Below are positions 63,409 through 64,000 of a DNA stretch of 64,000 nt, in pieces. The stretch is taken from positions 5,456,001 to 5,520,000 of the forward strand of contig OZ024742.1 of assembly GCA_964016885.1 (NCBI GenBank), given 5' to 3'. How positions within the stretch are numbered: position 1 is the stretch's first letter; each line of letters starts with the position of its first letter. Position numbers and translations under genes: made by a program. This DNA is from Eledone cirrhosa (lineage: Eukaryota). Under the pieces are notes generated by a model, which was not told the origin of the DNA, made no database searches, and saw nothing but the letters and a program-made list of their open reading frames with translations.

Positions 63409-64000
63409 TTAAGCCTCCTGCCTTCCATCACTCGTGAACACGGCCCAAGATACTTGAACTTCTCTACCTGCTTCCTTGAGAAGAATGATTTTCATTCCAG
63501 CCATGCAGTACTCGGCATCAAACCTATCAAGTGCAAGCCGAAGATCATCTTCTGTCGAGTTAAATAACACCATGTCGTCTGCAAATTCCAGCCGACTGAT
63601 TTTACACCCGCCAGTCATGCTACCACTTCCAGCCCGGCTGTTCTTGTCAATCCTGTTCATGTAAATAATGAACAGGAGAGGTGACAGTACGCACCCTTGG
63701 CGGAGTCCGACACTCCCATAGAATGGTTTCGATTTAGCACCATTTATCCGAACACAAATATTCAGCCATTCATATAGAGACATCAGGGCGGCAAGAAGCT
63801 GACCATCAATCCCCTACTCCTGCACAGCTTTCCACAACAGGTCTCGAGGAACGCAGTCATATGCCTTCTCAAGGTCGACAAAACAAGAATATACTTCTTG
63901 GCAATAATCTCACGATTCATCGAAGACCGGCTGTGCTGCGTCCAGGGCGAAAGCCACACTGTTCATCAGCTAGCTTGGACTCCACGATATCCCTGCAACT
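63409..64000 (-). mobile_element. RTE-clade LINE reverse transcriptase fragment (continues beyond window)
   Basis: Motifs CFVDLEKAYDCVPR, VGLRQGCVLSPLLFIIYM and FADD, with stops and deletions. Confidence 0.9.

Overview
This is eukaryotic, repeat-only DNA, and I found no host gene. The (TA)n/(TATG)n richness and a SINE remnant near 62.6 kb suggest a cephalopod such as octopus (inference only). About 51 kb is a 17-bp satellite (consensus ACTGTCCTGGAGGTAT[A/T], with 16-, 18- and 21-bp variants). The array carries a ~20.7-kb tandem segmental duplication, a 6,973-bp recombinant middle copy, a 1,565-bp internal duplication and a ~1-kb inverted block flanked by an 84-bp direct repeat. The flanks hold retroelement and transposon relics: a Penelope-like GIY-YIG element with inverted terminal repeats, an R4/Dong-type RLE LINE, RTE-type LINE fragments, a bipartite RTE-derived element with (ATGT)n tails, and mariner remnants. 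The most notable signal not shown by the ORF track is a set of type-I hammerhead ribozyme motifs read by eye. One lies at 459-532, ending a highly structured ~450-nt module. A cluster lies at the right edge of the satellite (60589-60643, 60912-60949 with its inverted twin, and 61150-61228). These point to several Penelope/retrozyme-like self-cleaving mobile RNA families. All calls come from visual inspection and manual translation; no searches or folding programs were run.
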